Of a DNA stretch of 64,000 bases, positions 1-12,506 are shown piece after piece. Origin of the DNA: Paecilomyces variotii (lineage: Eukaryota); the NCBI GenBank assembly GCA_004022145.1, contig RCNU01000009.1; one strand, 5' to 3'. A program made the translations under genes and the position numbers. The notes beneath the pieces are model-generated. The model saw only the letters and a program-made list of their open reading frames with translations. It had not been told where the DNA came from and ran no database searches. Numbering within the stretch: position 1 is the stretch's first letter; every line of letters begins with the position of its first letter.

Positions 1-70
1 ATTTGTTCTACGACTGGCCAAAATGAAGAATGTCTCGCCAAGACAAAGGGCTGCGCGGTGCACTGCTTAC

Positions 71-111
71 CTGTAGTGGGCATCTTCTTCTTCCTTGGTC
101 AAGATCTTCAT
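71..111 (-). CDS. RCF2: Exon 1 of respiratory supercomplex factor 2 (HIG1-domain mitochondrial protein); gene continues off the left edge
   Basis: Minus strand reads ACCGCCACC-ATG AAG ATC TTG ACC AAG GAA GAA GAA GAT GCC CAC TAC AG|GTAAGC = MKILTKEEEDAHY. Strong start context and canonical donor at 70. Resembles the yeast Rcf2 N-terminus (MKILTQDEIEAH). Not on the ORF track. Confidence 0.8.
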
Positions 112-1540
112 GGTGGCGGTTGTGTTGCTTCTCTGATAGTTGTTTGTTGTTGCAAATGTCCGCTAGTTCTATTGCGAATGGGAAGTTGAATTCGCACAAG
201 CGATCGTAGTTTTCTCTGGCGGTGCGGGTCGGGTCGATAGATATATAATATATCAATCACGTCGTCACCGGGTGTGGATCCACTGGCGTTTGGTCGTTTC
301 CTCCCCGTAAGTAATAATCAACACACGGTGTCTGCTTTTAACTATCTGCTGTTGTCTTTTCAGCGCAACCACACAGCAAACGAACAGCTTGTCGATTTCT
401 TGTGATAGCGACACTCGAGATGAGAGCAGGAATAATATGCAATCTGGATCAATTGGACATAAGGAAATACTCAGCACTGACGGTGACGAGGGGGTGAGGT
501 CAGGATTATATTTATTATCTATTATTGTACGGGGAAGCCGGAAGCGGGAAGCTGCTTGCGGTCAAACGCCGCCCCGTGACGTTGACTGGCGGAAGTGGTC
601 TTTTCTCGGGATTTGGAGAAGCAGACAGGGCAGTCTGGTACGCCTGCGTTACCGTCATTTTTACTCCCGGCCCACGCCACGTCGAGCATTGCGGTTTCCT
701 CCGCGTATTCAGCCGTACCGACCGCCCGAGAAAGCAGCAGCATTATTATTATTATCATTATTACTTCTCCTTGTCTTGCCGAAGCGGTCAATAATGAGAT
801 TATTAGATAAGCCAGCAAATAAATAAGTAACTAGTTTAAGAAGAACTAATTAAATAATAGAAATTGCAAAAGGCGACGTCCGATAGCCTGCAGAGCCTGG
901 AGAAAACTCGGGCCAGTCCCATGACGTCGGCTGACTCAGCCGTCCTCCTTCCATTCCGTCTGCTTTTCGTGCGATCCTGACTGGCCCGATTCCCGTCGTG
1001 AGGGGAAAGTAATCATGAGGGGAAATGCCTTCTCCTCTGAGGGGCTGGAGTAGAGATTACCATAATACCATAATAATATGGTATGTTCAGAGTAATAAAC
1101 ATCCAAGATATCTCCGAGACCTTGCAGGGGCAGAAACATGCAGGAAAAGTCGCTAGAGAAGAACTAACTACGTCATAGATGCTTTTTTTTCTATGGGATT
1201 TCCCTGATTTCGTGATGCTTCTCGAAGTAAATGAAACAGAACAGCTCATCTGCAAACACCGCCAGAATGAAGCTCCCTCGTTACTGCAGCGGGATGAACA
1301 TACTCATACACAAATGCAAGCATGGACGAGAATAGAAACAACCAGACTCCATGACCCGTAGACGCCACCGGAAATGCCCCAGAACGAGACCCATGCGGGT
1401 CCACATCGCAGAAAGATTAAAGTAACCCCAGTTCATCGCAGACAGGTGCCAGGTGGATTCTATCCCATAGGCCCCAGTGTTTGTGAATGATATAGAGTCG
1501 ATAGAGGGCGAAGAGACGGACAGAGCAAGACAGCCATGCT

Positions 1541-3047
1541 CTATCTCCGGGATCCCTTCTGAGCCGCAATCTGCCGCGCCTTCATACGGCGGAAACGATC
1601 CTCTCCGCTCGCACCCAGCGGACGGGCAAACTTGCTCTCCTGCACAACGGTCGAGCGCGGCACGACCGTGTACGACGTATGAGTCTGGTCCACCCGCGCG
1701 CGGTTCGCCAAGCGCGGCGGAAGGAGCTCGCGTGCACGTGCTTCCGCCGCCGTGGCCTGCGCATTTAGTACCTGCGGGCGCATTGCCAGCTTCCTGTAGT
1801 AGTCATTAGTGTATGCTCGACGAATGACGGAGAGAAAGAAGAGTAAGTGAAGAACATACGTAGGATCAAAGTCCGCCTCCTGGTACACACGCTTCGAGTA
1901 GTCATCGCTCCGCTGCAGGATCGGGCGAGTCCACTCCGCCAGCAGACGTTCCGCCTGGCGCTTGATGCCCGGTTCCGGTCTCTTGCTCTTGGTGTAGAAG
2001 ACAATGACCTTGCCGATACCACTGGCGATCAGAGCTTCCTTGTTGATAGGCAGCTTCGCCAGCGCGTTCATGAGGTCGCGCTGAATGTTGTATGCTGGCA
2101 GCGATCCGTCGTCCAGAGGCTCCAGGAAGAACTTTACCGCCTCGAGAAGGTTGATCTCGGGGTCAACCAGACTGTTGACATATTGATTGCGGTTCAGGAG
2201 CGACACCACTTCCGGGAGCATCCTGAGCTTGTGCATCGCAGGCTTACCTTCCCGGCGGTTAACGGCGTCCAGCTGGGCTGCCTGTGTCATGCGCTTGCGG
2301 ACATCCTCGATCTCAGCATCGGCCATCTGTTCCAGGTCCTGCAGAGACTTATTAGCACCCTCCGACTACACAAGTCAATTTCGGAAGCACTTACAATGCC
2401 ATCCGCTTTGCGAGCTCTTCTCTTAGTTGGCTTCTTCAGTGCCTCGTCCATAGCACGGTCGAGGGCTCGGCGGCGTCCTGTTCAGCGTCCATCAGTAACC
2501 GTTGACCCCAATCCCAGTAATACTAGAGAAACTCACTCGTAGCGGGATCCAAGTGCTCCTCGTCTTCTGGAGTGGCCTCCTTTCTCCTCCTGCGGTCACC
2601 ATCCCTTCTCCTGCGACCCTTTCCCTCCGCTTCCTCTCCGCCGACCTCCTCGTCGTCTCGTCGCTTCTTTCTCCGACCCTCCTTTCTCTTGGGTCTCTCT
2701 CCGTCCTCGCCATCTCGCTTGCGCTTGTGACGACCGATGAGCTTCAGGTTCTCCTCATCAATCGCCAGAGCAGGACGCTCTTCGATAGCGACATTGTCGG
2801 GATCGAAGTCTTCGAACTGCGCTTCATCGACTTCCGACAACACCGACTCGTCATCGGACAACAGATCGGCAGCAGCGTTATCATTCTCCTGCTCTTCATT
2901 CTCAATATTTGTCGCTTCCGCATCTTCATGGCCGTTCTCTTCATGACCGTTCTCTTCATGACCGTTCTCTTCATGACCGTTCTCTTCGTGGTGGTTATTC
3001 TCCTCAGCGACCGGCGAGCCGGGACGATCTTCCGGTGTAGCAGACAT
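1541..3047 (-). CDS. IWS1: Transcription elongation factor Iws1/Spn1 (TFIIS N-terminal-like domain)
   Basis: Acidic N-terminus plus conserved core (KFFLEPLDDGSLPAYNIQR, SGIGKVIVFY, LAEWTRPIL). GT-AG introns at 2478-2536, 2339-2394 and 1794-1859; ATG at 3047, TAG at 1541-1543. Confidence 0.93.
2923..2987. repeat. Coding 15-bp tandem repeat (CTCTTCATGACCGTT, about 4 copies) encoding (EENGH)n in Iws1
   Basis: Directly visible tandem units; translation reads HEENGHEENGHEENGHEENGHE. Confidence 0.9.
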
Positions 3048-3580
3048 TATCACAGCTTTATATCTCTGACCACTTCTCTAAATGGGGGAGATACAAAATC
3101 GAAATAGACAAGACGCGACTCGAGATTGTTGCTGATGTGAATAAAAAGACGTTATTCCTTGGCTCTCCGAGGCGCGCTTCCCGAGACTTTCGCGCAATGC
3201 TAAAGTGACCAGAAATCACCAAGCCTTGACTAGTATATGCGAACACCGTAAAACCGTTGATGCTGACTGCTGATCAGCCCACAAAATATGAGAAGATGAT
3301 GAATAGAGAAGTCAAGCTCCGTTGCACGACTTCTCGCGGGGTGGCTGGTTTGAAAGGGGACGACGTTGCGGCTCAAATAAATTCGGGCCCCAAAGACGCA
3401 GTTGGCCTGTGCGTCCGGCTGGTGAAAGCTTTCGAGAAAGTCCGGGCAGCGATAACTTAGCTCTCGAGAATATATTAATACATATCCCATTCAACAACGC
3501 TACATAGTACTGGACTCGCACGACTCTTGTTATAACCATACCTTACTTCTTCATTACAAGAATCACATAAAGCCGTCAAA

Positions 3581-4107
3581 ATGTTTATGCCAGGTACGCT
3601 CAACCTTCTTACACATTCCCAATCACCATCCTTCCAGTAATACTACATAAAGCTTTAAATCATGACCCTTGCTCTTTTACCGAAACATCACTCTTTCAAA
3701 CCAATATCACTGACTCAAATAAATCATAACAGGCCAGGAACCACAGCTCTCTAAGGAGGAGATCCGCGTATGTAACCCTCTCAGCACCCCAACTCCATCC
3801 TTCCATCCGCTGCTGCATCAACCACAAAACTCAAACAATAACGCAAAGATAATTACAAAAATCCCCAATTCTAATACATCTACACTTCACAGGCCGGAGA
3901 GTTCGAAGCCCAACAGACCGTCAACTCTGCCATCGTCGCCGGTATCCTCCTTTACCTCTGTAAGTCCCATTGCTCTTTCCATGCCATTGCATTTCGATCA
4001 CGCCCTTCTTTCTTTTTTTCATTCCCGGGAAAGCGAGAACTAACGAATTCGTTTCAAAAAAAACTATAGCTCCCTTCGCCGTCGACTTCGTCAAGAAGTT
4101 CTTGTAA
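3581..4107 (+). CDS. TOM5: Mitochondrial outer membrane translocase subunit Tom5, 50 aa, 4 exons
   Basis: Exons 3581-3593, 3733-3767, 3893-3959 and 4070-4107 (153 nt, all GT-AG) give MFMPGQEPQLSKEEIRAGEFEAQQTVNSAIVAGILLYLSPFAVDFVKKFL*. Size, SxEE motif and a TM segment ending SP..VKK match Tom5. Confidence 0.9.
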
Positions 4108-4802
4108 ATTTAGTCTATGCCGAATTTGTCCTTCTCCTTTCGTTACGCATAATGCTGGTTTTCGGAATCTGATCGGTTATGTATGCGATATGGGATATGG
4201 ACATGGACATGGCATAACTCTCACCTCACCTCACTTCACCTTCCCTACGTCATTCATCATGGGACGAATGCATTGATGGAGTCTGGAAAGATGATGGCAA
4301 ATTAAGTTTCCTCTTTTCGTTATCATGAGGTGGCTTTGGATATTGTCTCGTCTGTCTGTCTGTCTTGTCTGTTTTATTTTTGTTCTTTCTTAGATATGTC
4401 GTGTCGACAAAGAACTCGACATACATAGATGTATTGGTATTGTACATTCTTGATCCTTGATATTAGGGAAAAGGTAGAAAACGGAGATAAGAAGAAAAAC
4501 TTTGAAAAAGAAAAGAAACAAGACCAAGACGAGACCAGTGACGACCAGGCTGCTTTTTATGCTACCACAAAAACAGATTCCAAACAAAAACAGCTTGTCA
4601 TGTAAAAAAGGACCCGTCTTCCCGTATAACGCCGTCTCCCGAAAGAACATCAGACGTAGCTATCTTGGACCAAGGCCAGATGTTGCTCGAATCTCGAATC
4701 ATGCATGAGAAAATAATTTAAAGAGCTGAAAACGAAAAGAAATGCGTTCCGCCATTATCACCAAAGGTAGCTTAAACCGAAGAACTTTACTCCTGCATGG
4801 GT

Positions 4803-6319
4803 TCAGTTACCATTCGAGTTTTGGACCTCTTCAAAGTCTTTCTTCACCGCCTCTAACTCCTTGTGCAGGTGCTGGATTTGAGATGCGTAGTCCTCGAGAA
4901 TCTGGAACATAATATTAGTTTACGCTGTAAAAATGTTCAATGGAATTATAAGGGAGCGCACCTTCTTGGCAGTCTTCACTACAGACTCATCCAGTCCGTC
5001 ATCTGCTTCCTCGGCTGCAGCTGGTCCAGCCTTTTCAATTTCCAACTGTAGCAGCTTTGAACGCTCGCGGATGGCGAGCATTCTCGCCCAGATCTCCTCG
5101 GCGCGTCCGTTGAGCGAGGGGTCAAAGACAGCACGTTCCAGTTGCGTCAGCTTCTTCTTCAGCTCCTCCTCTGCGTCATCCATGGCATAACCACGGTTTC
5201 GCAGCACCTGCGTCTTGGCCGCCAGGGAGAGGCATCGCTGGCTCAACACGATGTGTTTTCGACGGCAGTCCGCAATCTTGACTGAGATCTTCAAGTCATG
5301 CCTCGAAAGCAAGTCGGTGAGGCAGTTGTTGATTTCGTGCAGTCGAGTCTGCATGATAGTCAGGAAGTCTTTCTGCCTCTGCGCCCGCTTGCCAATCTCC
5401 CAGAATCCTTTCACCAGAACTGGAACATAGCCCGCGTTGGGACGCTGGCGTAGCGCTTCTTCCCATTTCGACTCATCATCATCGGGTCCTGGCTGGAAGA
5501 ACGGTGCGGAATCTTCACCGACGTTGTTGTAGAGATATGTCCGGAAAGGAGACGTCCGGTTGACGGGTTCCCATTTGTCTTTGACGATCATCATCTGCAT
5601 AGGCACCGTTCGATGAACTATTTGCTATATTAACAACTTGATGCCTCAACGCTGATAACTCCAAACTCACCTCCGGTAGTCGCACGACCCGGAGACCACA
5701 AGCTAGATCCCAAGTTCTGCTGTTGAGTGCTCTGGCCGAGCTGGGGCTGCTGCTGTGGTTGTTGTTGTTGCTGCTGCCCAGCGATCAAAGAGCCACCAAA
5801 CAATGACGACTGCTGCTGAGGCTGTTGTTGCTGCTGCGTGTTTGATCCCAACCCACCGAACAATCCACCGGTCTGCTGCTGAGGCTGCTGTTGCTGCTGC
5901 TGTCCAAAGCCACCAAACAGACTGCCTTGGGGTTTCTGCTGGGTCGTGGAACCGAAGAGACCACCGGTCTGCGGTTGACTCTGGTTCTGAGTCGTCGATC
6001 CGAACAGTCCTCCACTCTGTTGCGGTTGCGATGTCGCAGCCGAGCCAAACAGGCCACCACCACCAGAGGTCTGGTTCTGCGTGTTCCCAAAGAGCCCTCC
6101 GCTGGGCTTGTTCTGTGTAGAGCCAAACAATCCTCCACCACTCTGCTGATTTTGCGCCGAGCCAAATAGACCACCTCCAGTTTGTGGAGTATTCTGCGTA
6201 GAGCCGAAAAGACCTCCTCCACTCTGCTGCTGCTGGTTTCCAGCCGTATTTGAGCCAAACCCACCGAACAGGCCGCCGCTCTGTTGCGGCTGTTGGGTCT
6301 GTCCTCCGAACAAAGACAT
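4803..6319 (-). CDS. NUP57: GLFG nucleoporin Nup57/Nup54
   Basis: N-terminal GGLFG/SLFG repeats with Q-rich spacers, then a Nup54 alpha-helical domain (WEEALRQRP, LRNRGYAM, GRAEEIWARM). Introns 5618-5670 and 4902-4961; TGA at 4803-4805. Confidence 0.92.
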
Positions 6320-6806
6320 TGCGAAAATAGACCCTGATAATTAACTGTATGGAATGATGGGACGTGGTAGACGTATTAAGAGGGAGGGGTGGGATAGCTC
6401 CCCAACGGAATTGTTTCTTGTTGAAGGATTGCAAGCTGCTAGGGCAGATAAAAGGTCAAAAGAGTGACGATTCGAGATCGCATGCCCAGGCCCGATAAGA
6501 TAGAGTCAGTAAAGCGACAGGGAGCTCTTTTGACTCGCGAGAAATCGTAGCAGCAGCGCGGCAGCTCCGAGCTCGATTTGGCGATTTGTTTTTCGAGTGG
6601 ACGTCCCGTCACGTGATTTTACTCTAGTTGCACCAACACCAGCAATGAATCTGCATTGAGGGACATCATCAATAAGAGAAATACAGTGAATAATCGACTT
6701 AAATCCCTTCCCATTAAGAAATCTCCAACCTGAGCATCTCATACTCCCATCCTGTCCAAAAGAGCGCATATCGCATTGCAAGGACGGCCTTACTTACATA
6801 AGCCAT

Positions 6807-6846
6807 CCAATCCCGGCCTCTGAGCGAGGCCCCGTCAGCCAATCAG
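6807..6846 (+). promoter_or_regulatory. Two CCAAT boxes (HAP/CBC sites) in the NUP57/NDUFA8 divergent promoter
   Basis: CCAAT at 6807-6811 and extended consensus AGCCAATCAG at 6837-6846, about 140-175 bp upstream of a respiratory-chain gene. Function is inferred. Confidence 0.45.
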
Positions 6847-6982
6847 AGCAATCTCGAAAGAACTGACCTTCAACCTCGCAAGCTGCCCTCTCGCTCCAAA
6901 CGGCCCTCGAAACGACTGTCCACCTCGCCCTCCGATTGCAAGCAGACCAGGCAGTTTCTCCAGCGCCTCAAATACCGCCAAG

Positions 6983-7712
6983 ATGTCTCGAAGACAGCCC
7001 CAGTATGGAATTGCCCTTCTCCGTCGTGGCTTTTCTGCGCGCTCAATTGCTGATGAATCGTAACATGACAGGTTCAATCAAACCCTCCTCATCGACCCGA
7101 CGCCGATGCCCGATGACATCCCCAAGGTCCAGGAGATCGGTGCTACGTCTGCTCCGCTGATGAGCGCGTCGTTCTTTATCGGCGATAAGTGCAAGGCCTA
7201 CAATGATGACTACATGAAGTGCAAGGCGGAGGCGAACGGACGGGGCGAGCTGGAGTGCCTGAAGGAGGGTCGGAAGGTCACACGTTGCGCCGCGAGCGTG
7301 TATGTATCACCAATGGGAAGAATGGGTTATATAGAAGGGAATCACGGATGCATGGATGACTGACCCGGTTTCGGTTTGTCTGCAGGATCAAGGACATCAA
7401 CACACACTGCCTGAAGCAGTTCACCGCGCACTGGGAGTGTCTGGAAAACAACAACCACCACATGTGGGAATGCCGCAAGCCCGAGATGGAATTGAACCAA
7501 TGCGTGTTCGAGAAGCTCGTACGTTTCCCAATTCCCCTACTCTCTCCTACCACAGTCCGCGCGGCTCTCTCTGCAATATCAAAAACCCATCTAACATGCA
7601 AAACACTATACAGGGCCTTAAGAAAACCATCCCCGGAACCCCAGAAGGTCAGACTCCCGTCCATCTGCGACCGAAGCAGCTATACGCGCAATTCCCTGGA
7701 CCTCAGTACTAG
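6983..7712 (+). CDS. NDUFA8: NADH:ubiquinone oxidoreductase NDUFA8-family subunit (twin CX9C)
   Basis: ATG at 6983 (MSRRQPQ). Spliced product contains EIGATSAPLMSASFFIGDKCKAYNDDYMKCK, CLKEGRKVTRCA, HCLKQFTAHWECL, CRKPEMELNQCV. Three GT-AG introns. Confidence 0.92.
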
Positions 7713-7915
7713 AAAACAAGGACCCCCCTCTGTACTTGTGTCACTTTTTTTATGGTCTCCCGTTATTTTTGAAAGAGAAGTGTTTCAGCACGAAACTCTG
7801 TGTTTGTACATATTAGCATCAGGAATGATCATGTGGTTTTCTGTACGCAAAAATCTGTGCTGTTATCGAGGTCGAGGGCTGTGGGCCTTATTTGCTTTCT
7901 GCAGCCAGTGGTCTG

Positions 7916-7946
7916 TCTGATCTGATCTGATCTAGTCTGATCTGGT
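7916..7946. repeat. Short (TCTGA)n microsatellite
   Basis: tctgatctgatctgatctagtctgatctgg is directly visible. Confidence 0.7.
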
Positions 7947-8701
7947 CTATGCGGGCGGAGTAATGTCTCCGATGGGATTTTTAAATCCATCTTATGATCC
8001 GCTCAAGCATGTATCGTTGGGTAAGGACTTCCAATGATATGCTTCAGATATATGAAATCAAGCATATACGACGGTTATTCGTACTCGGTTCTTTTCTCCA
8101 GTATAATACCGTGATGTGCTATAGCTGACTCGATCGATTGGGTTTATTTTAACCGGGTTGTATAAATATCCGTGAAGTGTCAAGATATATGCGATGGAAG
8201 TAGAAGACCTAGTGTCTGCCCTTTCGATTGATCCTGTCTTGTCACGAAAGCCAATAGGGACCGAGGCTGGAATTTACACGCAGGTATAGGGCCAATGGAT
8301 CACTTATACGGCTATTCCGAACTGATAGCTGATTTTTGATACTGGGTTTATTTTTTTTTTTCATTCTTGTATAAATCTCACCTATAGTCAGGAATATGTT
8401 TATTCCATACAAGTCTTCTAGAGACCCTAATCCCAACAGGAACTGTCCAATCATAACAGTTGAATTGAACCAGTTCTCCAAAAAAAAAAAAAAAAAAACC
8501 TCTTTTTCCTTTTCTATAGATCCCTCTCCCTAGACGCTTGCGAAATCTGATAATAACTTGGTTAGATAGACAAAGGAACAGGTGGCTGTCAAGAAGGTAT
8601 ACCTGAAATTTGTACACTATGTATATATATGCAAAGAAATCAAAACCAAATGTCGGCTTAGATCAGGGGGAAAAGAAAGATGGCAAGAGGGCGTGAACCG
8701 C

Positions 8702-10045
8702 TCATGGAAGAGACGGTGTCCGTCGCAGACGTGTGAGGAAGCGCAGCCTGAGTAGCCGCTTCTTCACCTCGGCCCATCCAACTTTTAGTTTGTGTTCTAC
8801 TCTCCGGTCACCTTTGAGTCTCATCCAGATAAGGATGCTCGCCAAGATGGCCATGTCCCAGAGGATCTGCCGTGCGACGACCCAGATGAGCCAGGTGAAC
8901 CACCGCCATAGATTCGATCGCCGTCGGTGGTGGATAGACTGCGTCTCTATCTGTTCACGCAGCGCGGCAACTTCAGCGGTCATCTTGGTCAAGGCCTGCT
9001 CGACGCGTCGCCGCCATTTACGGTGGTATATCTCTCTGCTGTCTGCTACGCCCCCGATTTCTCGAGGTTGCCGCAGGGCGTCGTCTGAGATGTCTTCCTC
9101 CTGCTCCTGCTCCTCTTCCTCCTCGTCCTCGTCGTAAGGCCCATCCCGGGCCTCTTGATACTCTTCATCTTCTTCATCCTCGTCGTCCTCTTGATCATAA
9201 TTCCTCCGCGCGTATATCTCATCGGGCTGACTGACCGGACTGAGGACCCGTAATCTTGAGTCCCTACCCGGACCTATCCGCATGTCCTCTTCATCATCGT
9301 CGCGACTTGAACCTACTAATCGTCCGCTAATACTACCGTAATTGGGCTGTTGCATCTGTGGCACCATCGGCACACTTGCTGTCCGAAACGGACTTGAAGA
9401 CGAGGAGGATGAAGGGTTCGACTTGATTTGATCCCAGACAAATTCCAGCTCTGATATAAGTTCCCGTGCCTCGGCCGTCTGAGAGGCATAACGGTGCATC
9501 GTTTCAATGAGGGTTGTGATATAGCGTCGCTTTGCTTCGGTGCGTGTCAGACCGCGCTGTGAATACCATGCATCCCTAATGAGAAAGACATCGGGTCAGA
9601 ACTAAAGATTCACAATTCGACATGTAAGCGATCGGGTGAAGTACCATTTCTGACGCTCTGCCTGAACTTCCGCACTGTCCCCTTCGGGGCGGTCCATCAC
9701 TCCTTCAACGTCCCCCTCTGCAATTGTGTCAACAACCGTCAGCATAATTCCCCCCGATGCTGACACATCACGAAGGGACCGACGCACCCATGCTCTGCTT
9801 GTACAATCCATATAGCTTCAGCCGATCCGCCGGCGGCGGCCTTGCGGAGCCTGTCCGCGGGATCTTCTTAACCGTATTAAGGGCATGGACAAAGACTCGA
9901 TCTAGATAGATAGAGAGAGCGGTTAGATTCTCGTTGTCAGACTCTCGGCGGAGAAGGACCGGGGACGGGGTTGTCGATAAGGATGTAACTCGTTCCCCGC
10001 ACATTCAGCAGGGGCCGGATGGTACGTACCAACAGAGTCCGACAT
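8702..10045 (-). CDS. Acyl-CoA-binding domain protein with C-terminal TM segment (Atg37/ACBD5-like)
   Basis: Short first exon MSDSV spliced to DRVFVHALNTVKKIP...LKLYGLYKQSMEGD...QKWDAW...EAKRRYI (ACB domain), followed by an acidic tract, coiled coil and hydrophobic C-terminal helix. Confidence 0.85.
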
Positions 10046-10775
10046 GGTCAGATATGTATTCCGTTCCTCATGAGACTCCGGTCAATCCCAACCCCTCCGA
10101 AGCGATACTCATATAGAAGCGAGCGGATAACGACGGAGCGGAGTTGCAGGAGTTGCGATTTTAGGGAAAAGTGCACGGTTCGACCGAGCTGGGCGAGTAA
10201 AAAAGGCTGTAAACGACCGGATGCGAAGAGATGTCCTGAACGCGAGGATAGGGCAGAAATGGGGTAATCGATTGCGGTTGATTGCGAAAGAGCAGCTTTC
10301 CCCGGATAGCTCCCTTGGCCGTTGATTCGCGAACACGCGAGCGAGAACAATGGGCGAGTTCGATGGATGAGTATAAGGTCTGTGACTCCGAAGTTATTCT
10401 CTCCGCACGGAGTTTGTCGGGAAGCTGTAGGGTTCAGGATAAAGTGACAAGCATTGTTGTGCTGCGAGAGATGCTCGTGGAGGTCGATGTCGGGACCGCG
10501 GTTGTTGTTCGGAGCTTGAACGCAGGGGGGTAGCCGTGCGGAGAAACCGCCTGTGATTCATCGTTTCAACTCTGGGACTTTGTCGACTCCACAGAGATTA
10601 ACTGCTAATGTCATAGCTATGGTTGTTATTATTGGGCCTGAGCAGCTGCTATTTCTGGTGTGGTTTCTACATTCAAGTTGCTATATAATATCATACATGA
10701 ACATCATCAAACGTTTACATGGTCTCTATATGAAAACTATAACAAGAATATCAAACAATACTCCTGGGAAGAGAC

Positions 10776-12506
10776 CTACTCATATACAGCGACACCATCC
10801 TGCTTTTTCGGCCCGTCAGATTCCAAATAGGGCATCTTCTCCGCATCCACGACTGCCTGCCCGGTCATGACACCAGCCTCTTCCCTCGCTTGGTCGTTGG
10901 TGGCGACCTGCGGACCCGTGAACTTCTTCCTCGCATAGACCAAGTACCACAATGCGCTGACGAATGCAAAACCAGCAAAAACAACACTGGCATAGTTCAT
11001 ACTAGAGGCAGTGACGGGCAGTGATACAGGCATGCAGAAAAGGACGATGGCGAGGACGATCCAGCAGATGGTCGCGATGTTAATCGCATATCCAAATCGG
11101 CCAAGCGAGAACGATGATCCCTTCACTGCCTGTCGGCCGCGAATGACATTGATCAGAATGGGGACGCCATACGAGGCAGACAAGCAGATGGTCGCGACGC
11201 CTGTGAAGGAGTTGAACGCAGCGGAAGAACCGAAATAGATCAGACCCAGCAAGCAGTCTACGAGGGTGGAGAGGATGATGCCCCAGAGCGGAACGTCGAG
11301 ACGCTTGTCGACCTTTCGCCAGAGCCGGAATCCCGGGATGGCGCCATCTCGAGCAAAGGCATAGGTGCAGCGACTGGCGGCCGTCAACGCTCCAACACCC
11401 GCGAACATGAGGATTCCCAGGATGAGGAAGAGAAGACCGAAACCGCCGCCAGCGGATCCAGTGACGGTCTTGAATAAGAGACCGATCGGTTGGCCGTTGG
11501 CCACATTCAGAAGCAGGTCGACGGGAGGAAGAACAAACATGATCGGGATGAGGTAGAAGAGACCGGTGATGCCAGCAGCCACCACGGACAGCACGATGGC
11601 CTTGGGCACCTCCCGATGCGGGTTCTGCACCTCCTCGCACATTGCAGCAACCATACCGTATCCCGTCAGCGTGTATGCAGCTTGCAGCAGTCCGACGAAG
11701 AAGGCCCAGCCGCTCGGCCTGGAAGAGAGGTCAGATCAGAAAAGAAACATACGAGACAGGTGAGATTAGCACTGACCAGCCGCTCTTGGAAGCATCATAA
11801 TGCCCAAAGACAAAGGCTCCGCTTCTTCGGTGGTCGGCCATCGTCAACAGGGTCACCAAGATGACGATGACACTGGCCGCAGTCCAATAGATGCACACTT
11901 TGTTGATCAGATCGAGATATTTGGAGCCGAATATGTTAATCAGCGCGCAGACCAGCATCACCGCCCAAAACATGAGAATCGTCTGCCATTCGTTGGGCAC
12001 GAAGTCCTCGTTCCAGAGCGAGATGGCGCTGAGGATGAGCTGGCCGCCAGAGAAGTTGATACTCAAGGTGACAGTCCAGTTTCCGACGAGAGTCAACCAG
12101 CCATCGATAAAGGACATCAGCGGCGCCCATTCCTTCGTAGAGAGCATCGCACTCCAATAGTAGACCCCTCCGGCTGTGGGGTAGACGGCGCAGATCTCCG
12201 CCAGAGACGCTGCAATGGCAATGGAGATCAGCGTTACTAGAACCCAACCCCAGATGACAGTCACGGCTTGTCCATCGGTGAGGGTGATGTATAATGTGGT
12301 GCTGAGACCGAACGGGGCCGCCATAATCGCGAACGAGCTGTAGAGAGCCAACCGGGTCAGTCATGTCGGCCGGAATCAACGTGATATCGAGCAATCATCA
12401 CGTACAGTCCCAGGATACTGAGCATACTCAAATTGCGAGGCAACTCGCTCTTGTATCCCATTCTCGCCAACGCCGCATCGGCGCTGGCATCGGCGGATCC
12501 TTGCAT
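10776..12506 (-). CDS. APC-superfamily amino acid permease (GABA/choline transporter, Uga4/Hnm1-like)
   Basis: MGYKSELPRNLS, SLAEICAVYPTAGGVYYW, MCEEVQNP, YAFARDGAIP and MNYASVV motifs; many TM helices; two introns. Exact start codon uncertain. Confidence 0.88.

Noticed and set aside
265-826. Several short ORFs and an (ATT)n tract that looked like a degraded gene
   Set aside because: Better explained as the promoter/leader of the RCF2-like gene starting at 111; the peptides are uninformative.
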